DNA from: Perna viridis
Taxonomy: Eukaryota
Reading direction: 5' to 3'
DNA length: 64,000 bases
Assembly (NCBI GenBank): GCA_037379345.1
Contig: CM074513.1
Coordinates: 33,166,885-33,230,884, forward strand
Shown here: piece after piece, positions 54,201 through 64,000 of the stretch
How positions within the stretch are numbered: the first letter of the stretch is position 1
Layout: each line of letters begins with the position of its first letter
Position numbers and translations under genes: made by a program
The notes under the pieces: generated by a model
Told to the model about the DNA's origin: nothing
The model's input: the letters and a program-made list of their open reading frames with translations, nothing else
Database searches by the model: none

Positions 54201-57200
54201 ATATAGGCTTAGTCATGGGAGTGAAACTGAGTCGGTGGAATGGTAGCTGTTTATTTATATAGACTTAGTCATAGGAATGAAACTGAGTCAGTGAATGGTA
54301 GGCTTATATTCTAAGACTAAGTTGGTTATGAGAGTGATATAGAGTCAGTAGAAATGTAGCCTTTTATTCTTTGACTTTTTTGTGATGGGAGTGAAATGTA
54401 GGTTTATCTTCATAGACTTGGTTTATTATGGGAGTGAAATAGAGTCAGAAAAAGGTAGGCTTATATACTAACACTTAGATAGTCATGGGAGTGAAACATA
54501 GCCATTGTCAATGTAGACTTTTGTTCTAAAACAACTTATTTTGTCGTGGTATTGATATGGATAGGCGGCATTCTTTTTAATAATTTTACAAAATTATGGA
54601 GGATATGTTTTTCAATTAAGTAATTACATTTGAAAGGCTGTAAACAAATATGTTTAAGTTGATTTGGAAAGACATTAAATTGATATGGTAAAATTATAAA
54701 CAACTAACTGTAAAAAACATCTATAAAGGGGAGATAAATGCATAAACAGCAACAGGAATTTTTATTTTTTCGATATTACAATAAAAGAGTTTGATAACAC
54801 CCAATTTTCTTTTTGAATTATGAAAGAATAACAGATAAGTGGTCTTAAAATAAATTTTGAAGAAATTTTATGTACCAGTTTTTATACGCCTGTCAATTTT
54901 TACAAGATGTAGTATGGTATACAAATGTCCAGTGTCTGTCTGTTCTTTCATCGTAAACATGTCGCCTCATAACTTGAGAACAACTTATAAAAATTTTTTG
55001 AAACTTAACATAGTTGTTTCTCATGATGGTCAAACAGTTTGTATACTTTTTGGTGAAAATTTTTCGAGTTTCGGGACTTTAAAACTGAAATAGGTGGTGT
55101 TTTTTTTATCATATATCACACCATATCTCAAAAATGATTTATGATGATTGCTTAAAACTATACACACTTATTGGTTATATTAATCTAAAGATATGTGTAC
55201 TTTCTGATGATGATTCAATATTTCATTTTTTAGTTACTGAGTTTTTTCTGGTAAAAAAAAGGTTTTTTTTTTCACGTCACATCGTATCTTGGAAACTATT
55301 TATTATTGCAACAAACTTTATACGTGATGATTCTTTATTTTGTTATTCTAGTTAATGAATTTTTTGTATTGAGTTTCACATTTCGTGTTGTATAATGGAA
55401 TTCAGAAGGTGATTAATCCTTAAAAAAATATGTATGGGTGGGTGGGTCACAAAAAACTGCCTTCCAACCCTCCCATACATTTGTTGATGGAATAGCCTTT
55501 TGAAAGAACTTATATGGGGAATTTATTTAAGAGAAACATTATACAATGAATACTGAAACATGTTGTAACAATTTTTGTTTCTTTATCAATTTCCTGTTTT
55601 ATGGAACTTTGAGATTTTCCATTGATGTATTGATATGCAAAATTTTTGTTGTAAAAATCAGAATTTTGCTTCAATTTGGTATCATATAAAACATAATGTT
55701 AGCTTGAACAAGGAATTAATTAGGTTATACTAAGCCTGTGTTATTCCAAAAACATTTATCGTTTTTTATCACAGGATGACAGCCATACCATGCACTCATG
55801 ACACAGCTGTTTATTTGGTAGTTTGCCATATAGTGAAGTTTAAAAAAAATTGCTTACATTAATCCTCAATTTTCATAAAATCTTGTTCTGTGACATTAAT
55901 TATTACATTAAAATTCAAAAGAATGTTTGGTCAAGGTCATTGAAAAAGTAGGAAAATCTTTGTAAATAAATATCAGGTATAATCTACCTAAAGATTGTGA
56001 TCAGAAACACCGTCATACGGTCTCTACAATAAATATCAGGTATAATCTACCTAAAGATTGTGATCAGAAACACCATCATACTGTCTCTACAATAAATATC
56101 AGGTATAATCTACCTAAAGATTGTGATCAGAAACACCGTCATACTGTCTCTACAATAAATATCAGGTGTAATCTACCGAAAGATTGTGATCAGAAACACC
56201 ATCATACTGTCTCTAACCCTACAATAAATATCAGGTATAATCTACCTAAAGATTGTGATCAGAAACACCATCATACTGTCTCTACAATAAATATCAGGTA
56301 TAATCTACCGAAAGATTGTGATCAGAAACACCATCATACTGTCTCTACAATAAATATCAGGTATAATCTACCTAAAGATTGTGATCAGAAACACCATCAT
56401 ACTGTCTCTACAATAAATATCAGGTATAATCTACCTAAAGATTGTGATCAGAAACACCATCATACTGTCTCTACAATAAATATCAGGTATAATCTATCTA
56501 AAGATTGTGATCAGAAACACCATCATACTGTCTCTAAAATAAATATCAGGTGTAATCTACCGAAAGATTGTGATCAGAAACACCATCATACTGTCTCTAA
56601 CCCTACAATAAATATCAGGTATAATCTACCTAAAGATTGTGATCAGAAACACCATCATACTGTCTCTACAATAAATATCAGGTATAATCTACCTAAAGAT
56701 TGTGATCAGAAACACCATCATACTGTCTCTACAATAAATATCAGGTATAATCTACCTAAAGATTGTGATCAGAAACACCATCATACTGTCTCTACAATAA
56801 ATATCAGGTGTAATCTACCGAAAGATTGTGATCAGAAACACCATCATACTGTCTCTAACCCTACAATAAATATCAGGTATAATCTACCTAAAGATTGTGA
56901 TCAGAAACACCATCATACTGTCTCTACAATAAATATCAGGTATAATCTACCTAAAGATTGTGATCAGAAACACCATCATACTGTCTCTACAATAAATATC
57001 AGGTGTAATCTACCGAAAGATTGTGATCAGAAACACCATCATACTGTCTCTACAATAAATATCAGGTATAATCTACCTAAAGATTGTGATCAGAAACACC
57101 ATCATACTGTCTCTACAATAAATATCAGGTGTAATCTACCGAAAGATTGTGATCAGAAACACCATCATACTGTCTCTACAATAATTATCAGGTATAATCT

Positions 57201-60200
57201 ACCTAAAGATTGTGATCAGAAACACCATCATACTGTCTCTACAATAAATATCAGGTATAATCTACCTAAAGATTGTGATCAGAAACACTGTCATACTGTC
57301 TCTACAATAAATATCAGGTGTAATCTACCGAAAGATTGTGATCAGAAACACCATCATACTGTCTCTAACCCTACAATAAATATCAGGTATAATCTACCTA
57401 AAGATTGTGATCAGAAACACCATCATACTGTCTCTACAATAAATATCAGGTATAATCTACCGAAAGATTGTGATCAGAAACACCATCATACTGTCTCTAC
57501 AATAAATATCAGGTATAATCTACCTAAAGATTGTGATCAGAAACACCATCATACTGTCTCTACAATAAATATCAGGTGTAATCTACCTAAAGATTGTGAT
57601 CAGAAACACCATCATACTGTCTCTAACTCTACAATAAATATCAGGTATAATCTACCTAAAGATTGTGATCAGAAACACCATCATACTGTCTCTACAATAA
57701 ATATCAGGTATAATCTACCTAAAGATTGTGATCAGAAACACCATCATACTGTCTCTACAATAAATATCAGGTGTAATCTACCGAAAGATTGTGATCAGAA
57801 ACACCATCATACTGTCTCTACAATAATTATCAGGTATAATCTACCTAAAGATTGTGATCAGAAACACCATCATACTGTCTCTACAATAAATATCAGGTAT
57901 AATCTACCTAAAGATTGTGATCAGAAACACCATCATACTGTCTCTACAATAAATATCAGGTGTAATCTACCGAAAGATTGTGATCAGAAACACCATCATA
58001 CTGTCTCTAACCCTACAATAAATATCAGGTATAATCTACCTAAAGATTGTGATCAGAAACACCATCATACTGTCTCTACAATAAATATCAGGTATAATCT
58101 ACCTAAAGATTGTGATCAGAAACACCATCATACTGTCTCTACAATAAATATCAGGTGTAATCTACCGAAAGATTGTGATCAGAAACACCATCATACTGTC
58201 TCTACAATAAATATCAGGTATAATCTACCTAAAGATTGTGATCAGAAACACCATCATACTGTCTCTACAATAAATATCAGGTGTAATCTACCGAAAGATT
58301 GTGATCAGAAACACCATCATACTGTCTCTACAATAATTATCAGGTATAATCTACCTAAAGATTGTGATCAGAAACACCATCATACTGTCTCTACAATAAA
58401 TATCAGGTATAATCTACCTAAAGATTGTGATCAGAAACACTGTCATACTGTCTCTACAATAAATATCAGGTGTAATCTACCGAAAGATTGTGATCAGAAA
58501 CACCATCATACTGTCTCTAACCCTACAATAAATATCAGGTATAATCTACCTAAAGATTGTGATCAGAAACACCATCATACTGTCTCTACAATAAATATCA
58601 GGTATAATCTACCGAAAGATTGTGATCAGAAACACCATCATACTGTCTCTACAATAAATATCAGGTATAATCTACCTAAAGATTGTGATCAGAAACACCA
58701 TCATACTGTCTCTACAATAAATATCAGGTAAAATCTACCTAAAGATTGTGATCAGAAACACCATCATACTGTCTCTACAATAAATATCAGGTATAATCTA
58801 TCTAAAGATTGTGATCAGAAACACCATCATACTGTCTCTAAAATAAATATCATGTGTAATCTACCGAAAGATTGTGATCAGAAACACCATCATACTGTCT
58901 CTAACCCTACAATAAATATCAGGTATAATCTACCTAAAGATTGTGATCAGAAACACCATCATACTGTCTCTACAATAAATATCAGGTATAATCTACCGAA
59001 AGATTGTGATCAGAAACACCATCATACTGTCTCTACAATAAATATCAGGTATAATCTACCTAAAGATTGTGATCAGAAACACCATCATACTGTCTCTACA
59101 ATAAATATCAGGTGTAATCTACCGAAAGATTGTGATCAGAAACACCATCATACTGTCTCTAACCCTACAATAAATATCAGGTATAATCTACCTAAAGATT
59201 GTGATCAGAAACACCATCATACTGTCTCTACAATAAATATCAGGTATAATCTACCTAAAGATTGTGATCAGAAACACCATCATACTGTCTCTAACTCTAC
59301 AATAAATATCAGGTATAATCTACCTAAAGATTGTGATCAGAAACACCATCATACTGTCTCTACAATAAATATCAGGTATAATCTACCTAAAGATTGTGAT
59401 CAGAAACACCATCATACTGTCTCTACAATAAATATCAGGTGTAATCTACCGAAAGATTGTGATCAGAAACACCATCATGCTGTCTCTACAATAATACAGG
59501 TATAATCTACCTAAAGATTGTGATCAGAAACACCATCATACTGTCTCTACAATAAATATCAGGTATAATCTACCTAAAGATTGTGATCAGAAACACCGTC
59601 ATACTGTCTCTACAATAAATATCAGGTGTAATCTACCGAAAGATTGTGATCAGAAACACCATCATACTGTCTCTACAATAAATACATATTGCTTTGATTC
59701 AAAACTACTTGCTTAGTTACTATATATTGTTTGATTGACAAAAATGAAGTCTATTTTACATATTTTTACACTTCTTCAAATTTGATCTTTCTTTGAATAT
59801 TAAAGAATTATGAAAGTTTGTTCTCTCCAAGTATTATAAAGTCTGATAGGAGTTATTTTTCTTGGAATGCCAAAAAAGATAAATGTTATTGCCTTTGTCT
59901 GTTATGGAATCAAGTTTAAGTTATTTGATGATTTAATTTAGCATGTGACCAAAGATACTAAGTACAACACAACATGATAGGTGTCATAGAAAGTCCCATT
60001 AGATGCCCTAGTTGTATGCTTATGATGTAGTATGGATAATGTGTTTGAAAATGATGAATACTATACAAATAAAAATGATTTGATATGAAAGGCAAATGAT
60101 TATATTTCAGGTCTGAAGATGAACACAGACATTTACAGTATACATTAGACATTATACAGCAGGAGGGTTTATTGTCTGTTGTCAAGGTGATGTGTGACTG

Positions 60201-63200
60201 GATGAAATGTAATACAGGTGTAATATCAACATGTGCTCAGGTAACCAAAAAAATCAGGTTGTGGCCAGTAGCATGACATAGTATTATTTTTTATAACTCC
60301 ATAATGTGAAGATGTTATATTAACACATTTGTTAACATTTTATTGTAAAGGTCAAAGGTTATGCAGTTTCCAGAAATATTGTTACTTGCAATATTCCAGT
60401 AACTGTCAAAATTTCACTTGGAAGAGCAATATTTATTTCATGAAAACATTAGGTAGAAACCTCTTTCTCTTACTAAAACTTTCATTGATCATTAAATATA
60501 TCTTTTTGTTTGGAAAATTAACATACATGTAATCTGATGAGAGATTTCGATTGTTCTAATACTAAAATATATCTGTTTATTTTATTTGAACTAGACAAAA
60601 TGGAAGCATGAAATGTCACACATTTCCTTGCACTATTCAAAAGTACAATTCTACAGTTACTAGTAGATCAGACTAATTATATTTGTAATGTTGTATAAAG
60701 TTTTTTTTAAGCTAAATAATGATAATAAATGTAGATGTTTAACGATAAAATGTAACATTATATAATGTGACAGCTTGATTTTCACAGGAACTGAATTTTA
60801 TATGGAGAACCAGCATATCATATTTATTTTTAAACTTTGAATTTGTTTATTTTTTTTATCAGTCAAATCTTTAATTATACCAATATATGTCTGCTGTCTA
60901 CGGTAATGTAGAAACAGCAGCTTGAATCATGTGATGTTTGAAACAAGAGTTATTTACCTTTTTCTGTTCATATCAAACAGAAATCACACTGATATAACCA
61001 GGTCTCAGTGTTGTATTGATTTTTCCATAGACTTACGAAGTAAAGTGCATATCTTTAGGACTTTTAAGAAAAGTAAAAATTGATTAAAGAAGTATCATTC
61101 ATGTAGCACTACGAAGGACAGATTTAGAAATTTAATTTTCTGTAAAAATATAGGAGCTGTTCACGAAGATTGAGGAGAAAAGTAGTCTTGAACTATAAAT
61201 AGCCATTTTCTTCACTTTCACTTTTGTTTTGCACTCTTTCTGGGGAGCATTTTTATGTCATAATGTTAAATTCCATGAAAAAAAATTGCAATGTCCTAGT
61301 GTGATGTTTACTCTATCTTATAAGTCATAATTCTTATTTGTTTTTTACAAAAGGTTAGTTTGTGAAGAGACAAAAAGAAAACACTTTATTTTAATATTCT
61401 CCATGCTTTGCTGTATAACCGCTCGAGGATATGAAGTTTAAGACTTATCCAGTATACCCATGAAATGATAACTTCAGAATGGAAGATATCATTTCGTGGG
61501 TATTGCATTTTAACTTACTCATGAAGTCAAATAAAAATAAAGCAGGCATGATTTCTATGGTGAACATATACATTAATCCACAAAACGTTTCAAATGTATT
61601 GAAGTAAAAATGAATGATTTATTTTAGAGTTCACAGTCCCTTTGGCACAGATTATCAATATTACTTAATATACTACCAATAGAAACTACATTAATCGACA
61701 ATGGTAAGTTCAGCATAGACACAGATTTATTTACTGTGGGTTGTTTTGTTCCAAATATTATTTTAACATCTTGCAGATTTCCTTATATTTCATCAATTTG
61801 TAATGGTAAGAATAGTCTTTAGTATTAACCCTACTCCATGCTTAAGGGTAGCATGTGACTGCTTGTATTTTATCAGAATGTGACTACATGTACTTAATTT
61901 TGTCGTCTTGTTGACAGTTTTCCAATATTCTTGCTCTTTACTGGTGTCTTTTCTAAAATATTTGGTCGGTAATACTTTTCAGACAAGTAAAAGAAATTTA
62001 GTATCTATAATTATTGTAATTGTGAACTAAGACAAAACTTAATGAGCAGTGGGTAAATTATTTGCAGAAGTAATTACACACCCTCTCAGCCAGTACACTT
62101 GAATCACCTTGTCAGCCCATATGTTGGTCTGGCCGTTTGTGTGTGTGTCTGTCTGATATTGGTTGCAATTCTCAGCTCCCAGTCAATGGATTGATTTGAA
62201 ATTTGTTGTGTGGCTTTGTAAACAATTTTAGTTGTTTCCTGATATAAACATCCTGTTTCGTGGATTTTTGTCATTTTTTCATTATATGGAATGATAGAGA
62301 ATAACTTCATCACAAAAATCTCAGCTCCAAATGATGAGTTGACTTAAAATTTGGTGTTTGTCTTTTTAGAGATGTTGGCTGCAGCCTGATATCAACTTCC
62401 TGTTTTCTTAGACTGTCAATTTTTCATTATATGGAATGATAGAGAAAATTTCATCACAAAAATCTTAGACTGAAATATTTGAAAAAGATATATGTGAAGC
62501 AACATATCATTATACACAAAATTGGTTTGATATTTTATCCTTCAGATAACTGTTGGGTTGATGATTTGAAAAATGTGCTGAAATCAGTTCAACAATCAGA
62601 TTGGAAACAAGTCATTCCATTGAGAGAAGATATCAGCTTGTGTCAGTTATCTCCCCTAGCTGATGTGCACAACTCCATAGAATTTAGTGTGAAAAGGAGG
62701 GGACAGCTGAATGAAATCCAAGAGGTATTACAATTCTGATGAAATTTTGCTTTTGGAAATAATTTATGATAAAGAACACATTTTTTGTGTATTAAAAAGC
62801 ACAAAAAAGATATTCTAAAATAGACCGCAGATGTTTTATGTTCCCACTCTACAAGTGAGTGATAAATTGGAATCACCTTATCCGTCTGTCACTCCATCTG
62901 TCTGAATTCTGTCGCAACTACCCCAGCACCCAATAGATTGATTGATTTGAAATTTGGTGTCTGGCTTTATATAAATAGGGCATATGTTGTAAGAAATTTT
63001 GGATGCCTCTGATATCCACTTCCTGTTTCTTTGGACTTTGCCATTTTTCACTATATGTCATAATGGAAAAAAAATTTCATTACAAAAATCTTGATTCCCA
63101 CTGGATAGATTGATTTCATTTTTGGTGTGAGGCTTTATAAAGATGGGGCATATGTCAGTAGTGATTTTGGTTGCTGTCCAATATCAAGTTCTATAAAACT

Positions 63201-63788
63201 GGGGGTATATCTAGGACAACATTGCATGCAACTTCATGTGTTTGCTAGAATGGTATTTTAATGAATTTCTAGTATAATCATCTATTGGATAATAATTACT
63301 ACTTATGATCACTTGAGAAAAGTAATGAAGATATAGCACTGAAAATTTATATTAATCAGTGTTGGTACAATAATATATATACAATACTGATAAAAATAAA
63401 TAAATAAAACAAAGGTTAAAATATTTCAATACTGATTTATCACTTAGTAGCTATATTGTAACTATTTGAGGTTATAGCCTTATTCAATTAAAATTTTGTT
63501 TCATTTTTTAAGTGAAATATTTTTACATCATTAAGGTTAATATAATACTAAACATTCTTGGCACAACCTATATTTTGTATCTTGTAATATTCTGCTGAAT
63601 AATTTTTTTAGTATTTTACTGATAAATTGCAGACGTTTCTCCGAATTGGATGTATCAGGCAGTTTGGTTACTTTCTTTCTGGTCTGGATACGGTACAATT
63701 TGGTTATGAAGAAACACAGGGTGTATTTGTTGGGCCATCACAGACAAATACAAGTTCTGGCAATGAGAAAGTCAATATGCAGAGAGTG
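33257..63788 (+). CDS. SMG5: Nonsense-mediated mRNA decay factor SMG5 (EST1B), first 20 coding exons (890 codons); 3' end with the PIN domain lies outside the window
   Basis: Exons: 33257-33324, 34163-34261, 35095-35218, 36059-36215, 37773-37886, 40084-40173, 42449-42527, 43261-43380, 44125-44196, 44466-44650, 46611-46754, 47035-47177, 47834-47939, 48558-49022, 50695-50802, 53762-53816, 60111-60240, 61628-61703, 62546-62724, 63633-63788. All are GT-AG and form one open frame. Motifs match vertebrate SMG5 as I recall it: DYGRKAEEVLWRKVYYEIIQ, ACHRCLVCLGDIARYQ, AERFYYQA, GMPHNQLGTL, FEGADGNL, AFLLALFSHILNHV, SDLSEG, EGLLSVVKVMCDW, CAQSSQSLWHRLSILLN, RIGCIRQFG. Confidence 0.96.
33525..33666 (+). 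mobile_element. Partial Penelope-like 3' UTR repeat in SMG5 intron 1
   Basis: tagtggaatccgagttgct...tctttgtccctggattacattcttttgattacc...ttggttcc matches 355-515. Confidence 0.7.
34300..34560 (+). mobile_element. Helentron-associated non-autonomous element (HINE-like) fragment
   Basis: atgaaactttca..cattgtgcacct..ttttagattt core ending in gggggtat..gtgagc-N-gctcac hairpin. Related copies at ~35450-35760 and ~38380-38585. Confidence 0.55.
36970..37565. mobile_element. Non-autonomous TIR DNA transposon in SMG5 intron 4
   Basis: Inverted ends tccaaaggag...ggccaattttgc / gcaaaatagggcc...ctcctttgga. Confidence 0.5.
38095..38325. repeat. Palindromic MITE-like element built from ttcacgtgaa/ttcatgtgaa units
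   Basis: Repeated self-complementary aattcac(a/g)tgaa motifs with inverted ends (tacagcagcaaatatt / aaatttgtctgtgta). Confidence 0.55.
38705..38920. mobile_element. Short MITE with ~30-bp imperfect TIRs (Kolobok-like TTAA context)
   Basis: ttaaggtagacctagggtaagggacataactc ... gagttttgccctataacttaggtctactttcttaa. Confidence 0.55.
39341..39810. mobile_element. hAT-like MITE with 6-bp target-site duplication
   Basis: TIRs CAGTGATTTAGCTAG / CTGGCTAAATCCCTG (13/15 match), flanked on both sides by CTGATC (39335-39340, 39811-39816). Confidence 0.8.
40215..40430 (+). mobile_element. Degenerate tRNA-derived SINE
   Basis: B-box-like agttcaattcc followed by gtcttaccaaaga and gtcagaataatgtgtctgagt...tctgtgaggtagcac; related to 8905-9100. 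Confidence 0.5.
40898..41253. mobile_element. Tc1/mariner-type MITE
   Basis: TA-CTG...aattttcgc left end and gcaaaaaattt...CAG-TA right end. Confidence 0.5.
41371..42266 (-). mobile_element. pogo/Tc1-mariner-type non-autonomous element, copy 1 (SMG5 intron 6)
   Basis: Reverse-complement homolog of 50913-51801 over ~0.9 kb; terminal agaagaatacagTA. Confidence 0.8.
42725..42930 (+). mobile_element. Penelope-like 3' UTR repeat in SMG5 intron 7
   Basis: aaagcagaggacgcttaccctac.ggtgcacctg...ttggttcccttgattact is nearly collinear with 303-515. Confidence 0.8.
43553..43865 (+). mobile_element. Helentron-associated non-autonomous element (HINE-like)
   Basis: ttttataccc start, a degenerate (gtct/gtgt) microsatellite, a tgaaactt core, and a gggggtatt..gtgagc-N-gctcac 3' hairpin. 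Confidence 0.65.
44840..45300 (+). mobile_element. Helentron-associated non-autonomous element (second family)
   Basis: ttttttagct start, gtcgtctgtc microsatellite, and a caggtgagtgattcaggctcctggaagcctcttgtt end. Confidence 0.6.
49092..50303 (-). mobile_element. 5'-truncated Tx1/L1-clade LINE 3' end in SMG5 intron 14
   Basis: Minus strand encodes LQWLQFRINHYIIATNKYLFRIQITDTANCTFCDEEVETIEHLFWNC (zf-RVT/CCHC), then a 3' UTR with AATAAA and an A-rich tail. Flanked by an exact 48-bp direct repeat (49044-49091 = 50304-50351). Confidence 0.88.
50913..51801 (+). mobile_element. pogo/Tc1-mariner-type non-autonomous element, copy 2 (SMG5 intron 15)
   Basis: ~26-bp TIRs accatatttttccatgtatacagcac / gtgcatcatacatggaagaatatggt-a; inverted homolog of 41371-42266. 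Confidence 0.8.
52023..53497. repeat. Minisatellite A, 55-bp unit, ~25 copies in two blocks
   Basis: Unit aacttctatcgcatgtataagaaaaaggaaagtcatcgatctggtgatcaaagat. The array is interrupted at ~53167-53260 by a copy of its own left flank (~51930-52022). Confidence 0.95.
53797..54500. repeat. Minisatellite B, ~56-bp unit, ~12 progressively degenerate copies, beginning inside SMG5 exon 16
   Basis: Unit gggagtgaaacagagtcagtggaatggtaggtgttaattaatatagacttagtcat. Confidence 0.9.
54880..55330 (+). mobile_element. Helentron-associated non-autonomous element
   Basis: tttttatacgcc start, gtctgtctg microsatellite, and repeated ~150-bp tgaaactt..tactttt cores. Confidence 0.55.
55966..59684. repeat. Minisatellite C, 63-bp unit (69-bp variants), ~58 near-identical copies in SMG5 intron 16
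   Basis: Unit aaatatcaggtataatctacctaaagattgtgatcagaaacaccatcatactgtctctacaat; variants include gtgt/ccg substitutions and a 6-bp aaccct/aactct insertion. Confidence 0.97.
62085..62480 (+). mobile_element. Helentron-associated non-autonomous element upstream of SMG5 exon 19
   Basis: gaatcacctt-gtc start, (gt/gtct) microsatellite, and tandem ~160-bp cores (atggattgatttgaaatttg...cacaaaaatctcagctcc). Confidence 0.6.
62835..63150 (+). mobile_element. Helentron-associated non-autonomous element downstream of SMG5 exon 19 (same family as 62085-62480)
   Basis: ttggaatcaccttatccgtctgtc start followed by the same gattgatttgaaatttggtgt cores. Confidence 0.6.
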
Positions 63789-64000
63789 GTGAGTCTATGA
63801 TCTTCTTAACTTTAGTGGTATATTTGAAATCTCCTTTAAATACTGGTAAATTTTACTTTGTCTTGTTGATCACATTAAGATTAACAAATCCTAGAATGTT
63901 ATTGTCAAGTGTATATGCATGTATTACAGGAATAGTTTGCAAAAAATGCAGTTATCAAACTTTTATTCTTAATCATACTGTGATGCTCTTTTGAAAAATG

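Noticed and set aside
56214-56221. The 6-bp insertion AACCCT in minisatellite C equals one telomeric repeat, inside an EST1-family gene
   Set aside because: The sister variant AACTCT suggests local slippage of ctcta, and single hexamers are uninformative; treated as coincidence.
58852-59505. 217-aa His-rich ORF as a real gene
   Set aside because: It is a translation of minisatellite C; its ATG arises from a single-unit point variant (atcagg to atcatg).
52023-59684. Regular arrays resembling CRISPR
   Set aside because: Units are head-to-tail with no unique spacers, there are no cas genes, and the context is a eukaryotic intron.

Overview
AT-rich, intron-containing animal genomic DNA, most likely a bivalve mollusc (inferred from the VERL/VEZP-type genes and the repeat families; the species cannot be determined). 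I reconstructed three spliced genes by hand from GT-AG boundaries and intron phases. Two are a tail-to-tail pair of paralogous ZP-module membrane proteins of the vitelline-envelope (VEZP/VERL-like) type: + strand ~2162-9714 and - strand 14600-22387, nine coding exons each. The third is SMG5 (EST1B, an NMD factor): its first 20 coding exons lie on the + strand at 33257-63788, and the C-terminal PIN domain is beyond the window. Between the genes and inside introns is a dense transposon record. It includes a near full-length degenerate CR1-like LINE with a 2A-like motif, other LINE, Penelope-like and MULE fragments, several non-autonomous DNA transposons with readable TIRs/TSDs, Helentron-like elements and SINEs. 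Three different minisatellites cluster around SMG5 exon 16. The most notable signals are: a metallothionein-like Cys-rich cytoplasmic tail on one ZP paralog; two uORFs ahead of SMG5, one overlapping the start as ATGA; a minisatellite built from an SMG5 exon end plus its splice donor; a 3.7-kb array repeating AATAAA next to a donor-like site; and a LINE insertion with a perfect 48-bp flanking duplication. There are no prokaryotic features (no CRISPR, rRNA or intact tRNA). No database searches were run; family names rest on motif recognition.
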